A DNA stretch of 64,000 bases from Hydrolagus affinis (lineage: Eukaryota), in the NCBI GenBank assembly GCA_012026655.1, contig JAAILG010000002.1, forward strand, positions 124,001 to 188,000, in the 5' to 3' direction. Of the stretch, positions 23,871 to 36,494 are shown one piece after another (within the stretch, counting starts at the first letter, position 1; each line of letters begins with the position of its first letter). A model generated the notes under the pieces. That model did no database searches, was not told where the DNA came from, and saw only the letters and a program-made list of their open reading frames with translations. The position numbers and the translations under genes were made by a program.

Positions 23871-26509
23871 AGTTCAGGTTCCATCAGTGAAGGTAGAAAT
23901 GTACTGAAACTAATATTCAAATTCAAATCCATTTGCATTATCTCAATTTGAATCTAATTCGATTTACTTAAATCTGTTGAGTTTCGGTCAACTTTGGCTT
24001 CAAACAGTCTCACTGCAATATTGAGTAACAAATGGGTGGCAAAGGTTGCAAAATTCACATTAAATTCACTTTAGAGTTCAAAAGTTTCACAATTTGCAAT
24101 TCTGAACTTTATAGGCTTTGTATTCTCCCAATATTCATACACCAAGATATCAGATGAAGTGTTAAAACAAAGAACGTATGCTCTAGTGGCTAGATAAATG
24201 GTTATTATATGGAATTGGAAGATGACTTGCAATTTCTGATATATTATAATAAACTTGGGATATACTGAATTAATCATTATGAAACTGCATTTGTGCTAAA
24301 TAATTGCTATATGGTATCAGATTAAAATTCTGTTTGTAGGTGTGAGAAAAAGGAAGAGAGAGACCATGAGAGTGAGAGAGCTCAATCTGAAGTTGTTTGT
24401 GAATTCAAATTCATCTTTTCATTTTTCAAGGTTTTTGCACATTGCATTTCTGTGTTGGTTTCACATCATCATGTTTGTGATGTGTTTGGCATTGTGATTT
24501 GTTAGACTAATTTGGTGGCTGGGTGCCTTTTGAACAATTTTAATGAGTCACAAAAATTCTGGTGCATCCTTGTGGGAAACAACAACCCTTTGAGCATGAA
24601 CCCTTAGATTAAAGGTCACAGCTGTCTACTTAAAGCACCCAGAATGAATTGAACAAAGACATAGGAATCTAGAAAAGACGAGAAAATATTCACAAATAAT
24701 GGCAACGAGATTTAGGACAGGTACAAATGCAAAAGAAAAGATAGAGTAATCCAGTGAACTTTGTAAAATAAAGACATTTATAATTTAAGAAAGAAAACCA
24801 TTAAAGGACAAATTTGGAGATGAACGAGATCATTGGCTGCATGCTTATCTCTCATATCTTGTTCAGTGCCATTTGCCCAAGTTCCAGTATCCTGCAGCAA
24901 ACAAAAATCGGTTACTCTGCTATTTCTTTGAGAAGTCTATTCATACAAGCATGGTATTGTGTGAGAACTGTTCTCTGCTGAAATACTGGTGGATGACAGA
25001 TAATCCAGTGTGTCGCGGATTTAGTACAGCCAGACAATGTTTGATACTCTTCTCTATGTTGGAGCTTGAGCCTTGGATTTTAAAATGTTCTTACCAGACA
25101 GCTCTCCTCATGCAACCTTTCAACTGGCTATCCTTTAGCTTCTCTGCCCCCACAGAGTCTTTCAGATGAACATTGACATCATTTCACTGTTTTCCTCTTG
25201 AAGGCTCCCCAATTGAAATCCCCTCTTTCAATCATTGTTCCTCTTGCAATTTGCTTCCAGGACACCTGATCAGTGATCTCACTTTGACCTTGGCAGTCGA
25301 AAGTAAGTTTGCAGCCTTGTAGCTCATTGTTTAATCGTAAAACTAAAGCTTTCTTTGTGGTTTGAATTCATCATGTAAAAGCTGGTGTGAATACAGAGAA
25401 AGCCAGCAAGAAAATGAAAGACGTGGAGATGAGAACAGGAACAGTCAGTGACATTATTTCAGTTTCAATGGTGGTCTGATTTTCTCAGCTTGTTTAGAAA
25501 TTTCCTTTTATTTCCTTTCAGCTTCCGAGACAGCTGCTCCATTCCGTATCCTGCTACTCCACGTGGCAGTACAGATAAGTAGACAATGATTTCTGAATGT
25601 TGATGCTTTGTAGGCTCTAGTTAATGGTTTTGTTTGACTTCTATGAGCTGAAATGGTCCCTTAAGAAAGGAGATTCCACCTCGTCTGAGCACGTCTATGA
25701 GTATTTTGTTTTCGGATTTCAGATTGCTCACAATTGATGAAAACTCTTCAATTCAGTTTAAAACAGCAGCATTCAATTCAGTTTAACCAGTTTAACCGGC
25801 TTTTTGCACTTTTTAAATTAAAAAACAATTGGTGGAGTTTCCCTGATTCTGCACCGTCTTAAATTCGAAGACAAAATGGGCTTCCGAGGCAAGACGAGAA
25901 AGAATGGTTGAAACTCCTGGAATGAGAAAAGGTCCATTAAGGTTACTTCTTCTCCAGTGATACAAATATTTATTCCCTCATGGATCTCAGCTTGTCCACG
26001 CTATTTCTTGGGTAGATCCACCCAGAACCTCAAAGATAATTAAGCGAAATCTACGGAAGATTCACATGCCCCCCACCCCCATATCTCCATTATTCTATCA
26101 CCTTCATTCTATCACTATTAACATCTCCAAGGCCCACCAGCGCAGCAATGCTTTCACACTCTGTGCCCTGCTTGCTCAACAGACGAGTCTCTCAGATGGA
26201 TGCGGTCTCTGTTTTATCATTGCTGAAACCTGTGTGGATCGTACTGCACCTTAAATAGCATCGCACTTTCAAGGTAACAGAACACACAGATCTTTACTTC
26301 CATAGGTGCCAAGATCAAACGTGCAACTTCATTTTCGCAGCACTGTTTCATAAATTGGCAATGCCACACTGAGTGTGAAAGCATATGAATGTTCTTCTCT
26401 ACAGTACACTATCTTGACTGATATTGCAGCACTAACTACACAGTTGTGTTCAGCTTCCTCACCAACTATCAAACACCTTAAGTAATGCTGCTGTGTTAAA
26501 CTGATATAT

Positions 26510-26835
26510 TAGGACACGGCAATCACTCATTGGGCGAGCATTAATCCAGATTAAATCAGATTTGAAGCACACAATGTATTTTCCAACCAGTCTCTAATCA
26601 AACACAGGATAGTTTGTGCGATTTAGGTTCTTTAATGACTGAATTACGAAAACAGCCATAAGACTACATTCCTAGCGTAATGAAGTCAAATTAATTATTT
26701 TAACACAAACATTAGGGCAGAACCCGCTAATGACTCTAAAATGAGTTAGTTTCAAAATAATTTGCTCATTTTTAATCATTGCAGTCAATTTAATACGAGT
26801 TCAGTTTATGTAATTACTTTAATGACATATTCCCC
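26510..26835. promoter_or_regulatory. Candidate conserved non-coding element / enhancer
   Basis: Repeat-free, many TAAT cores, TTAATCCAGATTAA at 26541, and a few retained CpGs. Confidence 0.4.
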
Positions 26836-27294
26836 TACCGAACATCACATTATGTTTTAATACAATATGACTTTATAAACAAATGTATAAACTCAAAGCA
26901 GAGTACACCTCCACACACAAACGGTTATATTTTTAGAATTTTGTGAGAAAAAAATAAAAATCTTACTTTGACTAAATTAATGTTGTAGAAAACTTGATTA
27001 TAGGAAAGATTAAATATTTAAATATGAAAGTCTCGGCTCCTATCTCTGCCTCCCTCCGCATTGCCTCAAACAGAAGGTAAGAGTTGTTATTTATCTCACA
27101 AACTATTTATTTTCTTCCTGATCATTGCCCATTAGTTCCTCCAGGGATCTCGCTATGTGTGCAGGTTGTGTAAGTGGACTTGAAAAGAAAGTGCCATTAG
27201 ACTATTCAAACATTGAAACTATTACAACTAAATTCAATCGTACCTTCAAAATTTCACTTTGCCTTTACTTTCACCTTCAGCCAACATTCATGAA

Positions 27295-27360
27295 GGCACC
27301 CTCTAAACTTCAGGTGGATGTTAAAAGATTCCATGGCACTATTCAAATATTCTCCTGTGG
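27295..27360 (+). mobile_element. Deu-domain fragment
   Basis: TTCAGGTGGATGTTAAAAGATTCCATGGCACTATTC matches the core seen near 52633 and 56467. Confidence 0.7.
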
Positions 27361-29054
27361 ACCCACAATTATCAGGGCTGGGATACAATTTCAGATCCCA
27401 AATATCCAGATGCAATATCAGTGTTGGCTCTGATTATCGCAGTTGCTTTCAAACACTCCTTTGCTTTTTTGGCAACCAAAATGACATTCCCCAACCTACA
27501 GTTTTGTCTTTCCCCGCTGTAATTCTTTTTAATAAAAACATCTCATTGATACACACACACACGTGTGTGGTTGTGTATGTGTGGGGGTGGAGCACATGTT
27601 TTGAAAATTTTAGCTTTACAGCTGAATGGAAGGCATTTTGGGGGGAATGGAATAAAATTTTATACGAAAAGCTAGAAAATTGGAATCATCAACACAAGAT
27701 TGAAAATGATCCCTTTTTACTATGACAGGATAAGCCTTTGAGTAATCAGTTGAAATTTGAACAAAACTATAATTTTCGCCAATGTAACTCATTAAATTAA
27801 TTTCATGTTATATTTAAAAAAAAATCAGTTGTCCTGTTGTGGGAAACAGTCACCGATACAGGCCGAGTAGATATTTATTACAAAGGAATTTACAGTATTA
27901 TGCTTTGCTGCAATTCTCAATTTACCCTCCATTCATTAATACACATTTTAGAAAGGAAAAACAATGACAAAGAGACTGGTACAAACTTAAGTGCATTCTT
28001 GTGTTTTAATACGTTGACATTCTCAAAACATTCCATGCAATTTCTTAAAAATGTCAACGAAAAAGTACAAAGTAATTCTCAAAGAGCAAACAATCGTTTT
28101 TTACTGTACCTCTCATCTCTGACATGGTTCAAAATTATATCCGAACAGAACTGAAGTAAATTGAAGAGCATTCTCTCCATGTTAAACTTCATGTAGGCTT
28201 TGTGCTCAGGCTTTTCAGAGGTCAACAAAAGATATAACACATCTAGAAATCTTTAGAGTAAAATAATGTGGCATTGTAAGGCGGCAAAAATAAATTACCT
28301 TTGAAATGTCATTGTTCGGCTTTGAAATGATATTCCCAGGCTCTGGGGGCTTTCAAATTTAAAGGCATTTTGTTGGAATTCAATTCCCAAAGATCTACCC
28401 CGATGAATAAAATTCAATGTGCAGAGTCAACTAAAAAGTGAACTGGTAAAATAACAAGTATAACTTTGTGTGAGACGATGTGTTCCATTTCTTCCTGGTT
28501 CTGCAATGCTACAAGTTACAAGAATAAGGACATAATTTGTGATGATACACTCAATGTTTGTCTGTCCTTGTTTTTTTTCCCCATGGGACTCAGACGCAGT
28601 ACAGCCTTTTTCACCGGGGATGTATTGTTCATTATGGGAACCATTCTCCATGTTCAATATTCCGTCACTTTTATCATTGTTATTATCTAAGCAATTGGCA
28701 AGAGGTCCACTTGAAACAGACCTGAAACTTTGATGGTGTTTTCCCTCTCCCACAGCAAGGCATCCTCTCTTTTGGTCTGCGAACTGCTGAAAATCGATCC
28801 GAATTCAGCCCAAAACACACAGATACCCCAGCTTGCAGCTTTGCACCCTCTGTTTGTCAGAGGAAGAAAAGCATTTCTGGAACTGCTCTTGATAAAGACA
28901 TTTGGGTTGAAGTGTTTGAGAGTTCTCTCAGATGGTTTCTACATAGATTCTTTAATAAGAAAACAGAGTGGGGACTTCTGCTAATTGAGTATATGTTGCA
29001 AATGTCAAGTCGATAGGTGATCCCTTGAGTCAGCAGGGTGTCATTTCAGTGATA

Positions 29055-29360
29055 CTAATAATTGGTGCATTTGATATCACGCCTCATCACATCTTCAAGA
29101 CATCTCAAAACGCTTCACAGAATATACTGTAAAGTGAATTGACTGTACATTTTGTGGGCAAAATGTGGCAGCCAATTGTGCACTGCAGTGTCCCATAATC
29201 AATCATGGATTGAATGACTAAATTTTTTTTAACACAATAAAAATAATCCTTGTGTAGCGTAATCCTTGCATTAGACAAAGTGCCTAATCGCATCGTTAAG
29301 AAGCATCAAAGTGCTTCATAGGATATACTATAAAATGGATCGACTGTGAATAAGGACTCC
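29055..29360 (-). mobile_element. Two tandem family A SINE fragments
   Basis: 29055-29226 is a 3' half. 29237-29360 is a second tail and body ending in AGGACTCC, possibly the head terminus of an internally deleted copy. Confidence 0.8.
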
Positions 29361-29477
29361 ATTTGGAGAAAAATGTATATTAGACCCTGATACTGAGAAA
29401 ACAAAACTATTTAACCTCAGCAATTCTATTAGTTTGGATACTGACACATTGTGGATCAGCCTCACTCACCCAGTTAT

Positions 29478-29733
29478 CATTTCTTCACTCAGAGGGTAGT
29501 GAATTTATGGAATTCACTATCCCAGAAGGCTGTAGATGGTCAGTCCTTGAAAATTATCAAGGCTGAGACTGAGAGATTTTTTTTAAAAAAAATAGAGGGA
29601 TTAGGGGATATGGGGATGGGGCAGGTAATTAGAGTTAGGTCAGAAAATCAGCCATGATCTTATTGAATGTCGGGGCAGGCTCGAGAGGCCGAATGGCCTA
29701 CCCCTGCTCCTAATTCTTATGTTCTTATGTTCT
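29478..29733 (+). mobile_element. CR1 LINE 3' end (shark HER1-like)
   Basis: Encodes HFFTQRVVNLWNSLSQKAV. 3' UTR ATCAGCCATGATCTTATTGAATG...GGCCGAATGGCCTACCCCTGCTCCTAA with (TTCTTATG)n terminal repeat. Confidence 0.95.
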
Positions 29734-29798
29734 CACCTTTTACCAATTTCGAAATGGGTTTTGATATTTTAAAGGAACATTCACAAATGACTGGAGGT

Positions 29799-30037
29799 AG
29801 AAGCGGAAAACTATGAATGCTGGAAATCTGCAGGAGAAACAGAGAGTGCACCATATGCAATCAGTCTGCGATAGAGGAAGCTCGGTTAATGTTTCTCACA
29901 TGAATCATCATCAGAACTTCATCAGTCCAACCAACGGCTCCAGCTTTGATGAAGGGTCATCATCCAAATGCTAACCTGTCTTTCTCTTTCAGATGCTGAC
30001 TGCCTTGCTGCACAGCAGCACTATTTCCTGTTCTTAA
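29799..30037. mobile_element. Palindromic Penelope-derived element with decayed hammerhead motifs
   Basis: Imperfect inverted arms (ATGCTGGAAATCTG..AAACAGAGAG..GGTTAATGTTTC / TGATGAAGGGTCATC..CTAACCTGTCTTTCTCTTTCAGATGCTG). CTGATGA..GAAAC on minus at 29891-29914. Confidence 0.7.
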
Positions 30038-30194
30038 AAGTCGCTTTTTACCAAAAAAATAATAAAATTGGATTGCTTGCAATTGCCGACTTGAGCCAAT
30101 CATTAACTGGATTCTGTAACAGAAACATTCATACGTTGTCTGGCTCACTGCCTATGGATCTCTGGTTGATTTGATCCCCGCACAGCGTATTTGT

Positions 30195-30510
30195 GGAGTC
30201 CTGTAGCTGAGTGGTTAGAGCACTCGCCTTACAAGCGTGAGACCTGTGTTCAAAATCAGGCAAGTCAGGGCGAAACCTTGGGCAGGTTTGCTTACTCCAC
30301 GTGCTCAATAATAATAATAATAAACCACAATATTAAAATTGGTCATTTCAATCCACGACTGTTTGTGGGGGACACGCTGCTGTGAGAAATTGGCTGCCGT
30401 GTTTCGCCGACAAATATACAGTCAATTCACTTTACAGTATATTCCATGAAGCGCTTTGAGACATCAGGAAGATGTGAAAAGCGCAGTATGAAATTCAAGG
30501 ATTATTATTA
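30195..30510 (+). mobile_element. Full-length family A SINE
   Basis: GGAGTCCTGTAGCTGAGTGGTTAGAGCACTCGCCTTACAAGCG...GTTCAAAATC head, body, CAAGGATTATTATTA tail. Confidence 0.95.
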
Positions 30511-31059
30511 GAGATTGTGCTTGCCTTACAAGGTGGCTTCTGGTAGACTGGGTTCCAACAAGGTTACTCTGGGTTTCGTTTTACTTCTTTCTAAGACGTG
30601 TCCCAAGTGTGTGGCTGGCCCGTGGTATTTGTTCAACGTTGCTGACCTTTTACCTTTTGTGTCCGACCATACTGCCCTTTGCCTTTGAGGTAATATACCA
30701 CCGCCCTGCTGTTCACCAGAGGTTTAGTCCTCTGTGGGCTTCTCTTTTCATACTCACTGGCTTGAAATGTTAACTGATATCATGGTTCATAGTCAGCCAT
30801 GAACTGTTCCTTGGAGAAATGTCACGAGTTGTTTTTTTAAACCACTTGTAATTTGGGCTGAGCCTTCAAATTTTTTGCGGTTTAATTAGGAATTTTTATT
30901 TTTTTTAAAAATTCTAATCTAAGATGATTCATGGCATCTTTTTTAAAACTGGGATTTTTTAAAAAAAATGCATATATATACTGTCAGCCTGTTTGGGTGG
31001 ATGTTAACAGTTTCATGACCTGATTCGGAAAGAGAAGCGAGTTTCTCGTGATTTACTGC

Positions 31060-31204
31060 CGGTTAAACTGGGTGCAAGGCATCACTGCATGACTTGGGAG
31101 TTGGAACCCAGCTGTTATTATTCTCCTTTTCCTAACCCAGGGGAATTATGCATGTTTACCATAGCCCTTGGTGTGATCAGCTAGATCATCAGAGAACAGG
31201 GATC
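31060..31204 (-). mobile_element. Old SINE-like fragment (family name uncertain)
   Basis: TTCCTAACCCAGGGG...GTGATCAGCTAGATCATCAGAGAACAGGGATC resembles the 5' part of a recalled ancient chondrichthyan SINE. Confidence 0.4.
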
Positions 31205-31275
31205 AAACAACAACAACAATAAATTACGCTTGTAATTTACAAGCGTAGGACAAGCCCTTCATGTTGGAAAGATGT
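31205..31275 (-). mobile_element. Family B tail element with an internal palindrome
   Basis: (CAA)n...CCCTTCATGTTGGAAAGATGT; palindrome at 31225-31247. Confidence 0.65.
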
Positions 31276-31860
31276 TAAATGACATCAACTTGCACGGGTA
31301 GCATCTCAAAGCGCTTAACAGTGGTGGATCCGGACTCTGAGCCAGGGGGTGTGGAGAGACGGCTGTAAGCACGGTCGAAGAGGAAGCTTTTCAGGCAGGA
31401 CTTGGAAAGGAGGAGAGAAAGGGCAAAGTGGAGGGATTGAGGGAGAATGTTCCAGAGGTTTGGGGCGTAGAGGGCGTTCGTAAGCGTGAACTCCGATGGT
31501 GGGGTGGTGTGTGCTGGGGACCAGCAGGAGTCCGGCACCAGTCGAGCAGAGGTGGATTAGCGAGTGAGGAGGTCGGAGAGGTGGGGAGGTGACAGGGAGT
31601 GAGTGGATTTGAGCTTGAGTGCGAGGATCTTGAGGTCGATGGGAAGCCAGTGGAGCCAGAACTCATGAGATGCGGGTACGGAGTTTGGTCGGATCAGAAT
31701 GCAGGCCACAGAGTTCCGCATCAGCTGCATCTATTGAATGGTGGAGCTGGGGAGACCAGCGAGGAGTGTGAAGTAATCCAACCAGGAGGGGACAAATGAA
31801 TGCACAAGGGTTTCGGCTGCATTTAGGGTGACCCCTGGTCTGTGGGTCCAAACCTGAGAT
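31276..31860 (-). mobile_element. L2 LINE 3' fragment (RT C-terminal region)
   Basis: Minus frames give FVPSWLDYFTLLAGLPSSTI..., LHWLPIDLKIL..., PPHLSDLL..., APNLWNILPQSL...CLKSFLFDRAY, all hallmark L2 motifs. Confidence 0.93.
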
Positions 31861-33677
31861 CTGTGTGAGTCAATACCGTTCTAAAATGAAGAGGTGAAAA
31901 GGTTGATGTGGTACGTTACATCTCACTGTTAATGATAACTCTCAGTAGTTTTACTTGATAAATTATATATAAGAGGCGCCATCAATGCCAGTTCATGACG
32001 AAAGACTGTGTATGATTCTGGCCATTTTTTTGTGCCTAGAGCTAGCTTGAGCCACAGTATATTGTTTGCTCAGTCTACAAATCAATGCATTGATGACTAG
32101 TGCAACAGGGTAGTAGTCCATAAGTAAAGCTGGTATTGTATTTTCCATCCCAACTGAATATTGCTTTCATATATCAATTTCTATTCATATTTCACAATAA
32201 TTCTTGCATTTGATCTGGCACTTCTAACAATCAATGTCTCAAAACATTTGTAGTAATTGCTTCCCAAAAAATACATGTGTGTGGACATTGCTTGAGATAT
32301 AGATTAGATAAGAGTTTTCATTTGTTATTTACAAAGCTGCAAAATATGGCTCTCCATGATTTAGTACTCCCTGTAAACATAAGAGACACATCATAGATTT
32401 TATCTTCTTTCTTTCTTCTAAACTCAAATCTTGTTTGCTCCGTGTGCAGAAACAGTGAAAGATAATAACTAGTTACTGTCAATTAAACAATAAAGGATCT
32501 ATTTTTAAAATATCTTTCCGAACAGTTTCCGTGCAACGTGCAGACAGGCAATATGATCTTGCAGAATCCATAACTGATACTTCAGAGAGCTTGCGTGAAA
32601 CACTGTAAATTCGCCGAGCTGTAAACCATTTTCTAGGTTGTGGTCACTGACTAGTTTGTGCGTTTTGTTGTGTTACTTTTCCAAACAAAGGAGCTGTTTA
32701 CTTTTTTGTATTATCTGATTGTAAAACCATTCCCCTAGAGTCGATATTTATTTCAGTCTCGCAGATTACATCAGTTTTGTGGTGAATAACTACCCTGTGA
32801 AGATTGGGCACATGGTTGCCCTGCGCCATCACATACACAATGTTAATAATGAACGTAGCGTTCAGAATCCTATCTTGATAGCTTGAGTAACACATTGTGT
32901 GAAGTTATACTCAAGTTAAAAAGTATAACGTTCAAATCATAGCCTAAGTCTTCAAGTTGTATTCAACATCACTTGAAAGGAAAAGGAATAAGTCAAAGCA
33001 GTGAATAATAGCCAAGGAATAATGATAACCGCAAATGTAATGTAATGGGCTTTGGTAAGCCTGGATCCAATCATTTTAGGATTTTAGAATAAATATCAGT
33101 TAAAATGCTTCAGTCCTTATGAAGTCTTGTTTTTCAACAATGGCAGGGTCACATTTTACCCGAAAGTCTTGTACATTCATCAAACTTTTTTTTATCAAAC
33201 AGAACATGACCTGTAAGTCTCTGGAGAAGCACCAAAAAAAAGACACAGTCGATTTCTGCCAAGATGTTTGGAAAGCTCCCAGTTCAGTAACCTTGTGCTT
33301 GCTGCTGTTGCTAAGTGGTCAAGGGAAAATTGGCATATTGAGCTGTTTTTCTCTGTCCCAGTGCAGTTGCTGCTGAACTAATTGATTTGGAAATGGATGA
33401 CTAATACCCAAGGCATCCACCAGTTGGGGACTAACATGTTACAGAAGATGAAAACAGCATTGATGTTGACCATCACATGGCTCGACGATCATTAAAACCC
33501 AGAAGGAACTCTCTTACTGGATCAGTGAGATGAATGCAATATAGAGTGAACCAGGAATCTAAACAGAACAGGTTGGTTCAAGCCTAGATGACCTCAAAGA
33601 TGACAGTGGGTGTTCTATTACAGTACTCTCATTGTGTGATGAGCTTTAGAGAGGTGTAAAACTCAACTAAAGTATCG

Positions 33678-33872
33678 CTTCTGATAACCGTCCAGTGATC
33701 CCCTGCTGGGATGTCTATGTATAAACACCAAGTGGAAACACACACATGTTATCCATGTTTGAATACCTTGTCAGCATTTACCTGGCCAGATTCATAGAAG
33801 AAGAATGGTCACTTTGGTGAGGCAATAGATGCACGACAACTGTATTTCATATTGGTCCAGAATTGTACCACT
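33678..33872 (+). mobile_element. Old SINE-like fragment (probably same family as 31060)
   Basis: CTGATAACCGTCCAGTGATCCCCTGCTGG...GAAGAATGGTCACTTTGGTGAGG matches the recalled central and 3' part of an ancient chondrichthyan SINE. Confidence 0.45.
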
Positions 33873-34286
33873 GATATGTCAAAGAAAATAACCATCAAGC
33901 AGAAAATGTATATCCTTCGAGGTGAACCTCTATCCACTTCCTCAGATCAGGCCTTGGATAAAGCTTAATCAGTCATAATGACTGTGTGGACCCAGCTTTG
34001 TATTTAGCGGTTGCGAAATAATTTACACCAAATTCAAACTATACGAGTTATTTATCCCCAAAGTAAACTTAAGGGCTAATTATTTTGGGAATTGGCAGTG
34101 TAGACCAGGTGAATATAGGAATATGTCATAATAAATATGTCAATCCTCCTTTTCTAAAAGTTGAGTTACAATGATTGGACCTCATAGTCTAGGAGCAAGT
34201 CTGCATTTCGAGTAGGGGATTGTGGAAATCGCAAAGTGGTGGAAAAGTACAGTGGTCTCTTTCTAAAATAGCAGAAAATACTGATC

Positions 34287-34370
34287 ATAATAATAATAAA
34301 AATAATACAGTAATAATCTTTACATTCAATGTAATGCCTTATCATGTCATCGAGATTTCTCACAGCACTT
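34287..34370 (-). mobile_element. Family A SINE tail
   Basis: (TAA)n...TAATCTTTACATTCAATGTAATGCCTTATCATGTC...TCTCACAGCACTT. Confidence 0.6.
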
Positions 34371-35359
34371 TGTTTGAAGACATTTAAAATGGTATGAAAT
34401 TGCTAGGAATAGCACAGTGAGTGAATTGATTTGTAAGCAAACTATCCAGAGAATAAAACACTGGGCACAAAAATGAAATTTCATGGCATTATATCGCGCT
34501 TTGTGCATTTAAGAGTTCAGCACGGGTTTGTTATTCGCAGACCACACGTTTAAAGAAAATGTTCTTGATTATTCAATCTTATGGTGTGACTTGTACCCAG
34601 TTACTTCATAGAAAATGGTGAAGAAAAATCATTTAATTGTGATAAATTTGACATGCAATTAAAAAAAGCTCTTGGGATACTGGTGGCCAATATAGTGTCA
34701 CTGTATGGGAGGAAGACTTTCCCTCGCAGAACTGCATGGGAGCAACATCCACATCATTTACAGATCCATGTTCCTAGGCAGACTAGGAAAAGTCATAGAA
34801 CATATGACTGCTTGTGGGACCCTGCTGTGCATAATTTACACACACACACTCGCACGCACAAGATCCTCTATCTCCAATCATTGACATTGCTGCATCTCCA
34901 CCCTCGCTGAGCTGCTTCATTTCACTGCTCTGAGGTGTCAGTCAGTTATATGTTTTCAACTCAACACATTTCAACCTTGCTGCTACTTGCTCTCTGTAGG
35001 GTCTCTCCACCTAGCCTAATCTTTGGTTGAATTCAATTCCTCCAAAGCTCAGTGAATGTCTTTCACTCAATCCTTGACAGCTGGCTCCTCAGTTTCGCTG
35101 CAAGTCTTGAGAGTTTCAATTATTACGACTGAAGTCTCAACTAAAATATTTTTTTAAATATCACACATTTGCATGACCTATATTTCTCTTTTATTTTGTT
35201 GTCCTGGACTCCTAAAATTATGATTAGATTTCCTAGCAATATATGTTCGATTGGGATATTGAAATAAAAAATTGGCAAAAAAAAGTGACCAATTTATTTA
35301 CTATATAGTGCTGGACCAAAGTTGATGCTGTTCTGCTCCCAAGATTTGTTGATTTGAAG

Positions 35360-35458
35360 CCTTCATTAATGGAATGGGTTGATGTTATGGAAGCATGAGA
35401 TCAAATAGACCAAAAGGGTCTTCTTCACCTGAACCTTTCCTTGTGATCTTGTGATCTT
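35360..35458 (+). mobile_element. CR1-type 3' terminus
   Basis: AGACCAAAAGGGTCT hairpin followed by an 8-bp terminal repeat (CTTGTGAT)2. Confidence 0.55.
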
Positions 35459-36494
35459 TGGACCCTATCACATTGGCAGTACATCTCAAAATGCTTACTG
35501 TGACTGTGTATTGGAACATGGTGTTGTTGTGTAAGGATATAGTGGTGATCACTATGACACGCAAGTCAGTGACACTATTTACCATTCTGTTTAAAAACTA
35601 ATCTTTCAAGTGTCGGCTGAGTAGTAGTGGGTGGATTACTAGCTTGCATACATCCTGTATACATATAGAATAATAAATAGAACAGAATTGGGTCTTAGAA
35701 CAAAGGAAACCTCCAAAGTAAAATTCACAGGTTTTCCCATCCGCTTGACCTCAAGCTTAAGTTATAACCTCAAAACGGCACTTTCCTTTGTCTTATTATT
35801 TTTTAATGTATATCGGACCATTCGCGAGCAGAGTGCCATGCACGGAGATTTAGATAAAAATCTAAAGCAACGCTCGGAAATTTATTTTATTTAGTGTGCT
35901 GTGTTTTTTGTGTCGCTGGGTAAACAAATAAGTCTCACATTGATAAATATAATAAAAACAAGATTGACAGAGGCTGAGGTTATTTTCTTTTTAAAAAAAA
36001 ATGTAATTTCTGAGGTATTGCTGTTTTCATCCCCGGGGGTGTCTCAGTGATAAACTGACAGCTGATGGTAATGCAAGCCGACATTCATGGAAGGGTATAA
36101 GAGGCATTTGTAGCATCATTACTGCAGGTTTAGAGAAATACACTGCAGTAGATTACAGAGAAATTGAATGGCTAGTATACTCTATATAAATATTAAAACA
36201 GATAGTAGGATGAATTGAATTGCTAGTATTTATATTTCATTGTACAGTGGGACAAAACAGTGATTCCTTTCCATTTGGATTTAATATTAATAACCTGATT
36301 TAAATGTATTTCCTGCAAAATATATGTATTGTCCACCTAAATATTTCAAGTAAACAGTGACACTCTGACCATTTATACATTATATTATAAGGTCACGGGA
36401 TGGACAACAAAGCTAGCATGCCTCCAGAAATGAATGATGGTATACACCACCCACCCTATATACAGTGTGCTTTGCACACATCACATGCTACTCC

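Noticed and set aside
25500-25580. Strong polypyrimidine acceptor TTTCCTTTTATTTCCTTTCAG
   Set aside because: The nearest donor-like site is CAG|ATAAGT (non-GT) and all frames stop shortly after; probably a pseudo-exon.
28730-29016. Acceptor-like TTCCCTCTCCCACAG followed by open frames
   Set aside because: The peptides are unrecognisable and there is no clear donor or supporting exon.
30195-30270. tRNA-like sequence (also at 254-561, 46730, 53656)
   Set aside because: It has A and B boxes but no closed acceptor stem and continues into a SINE body. It is a SINE head, not a tRNA gene.
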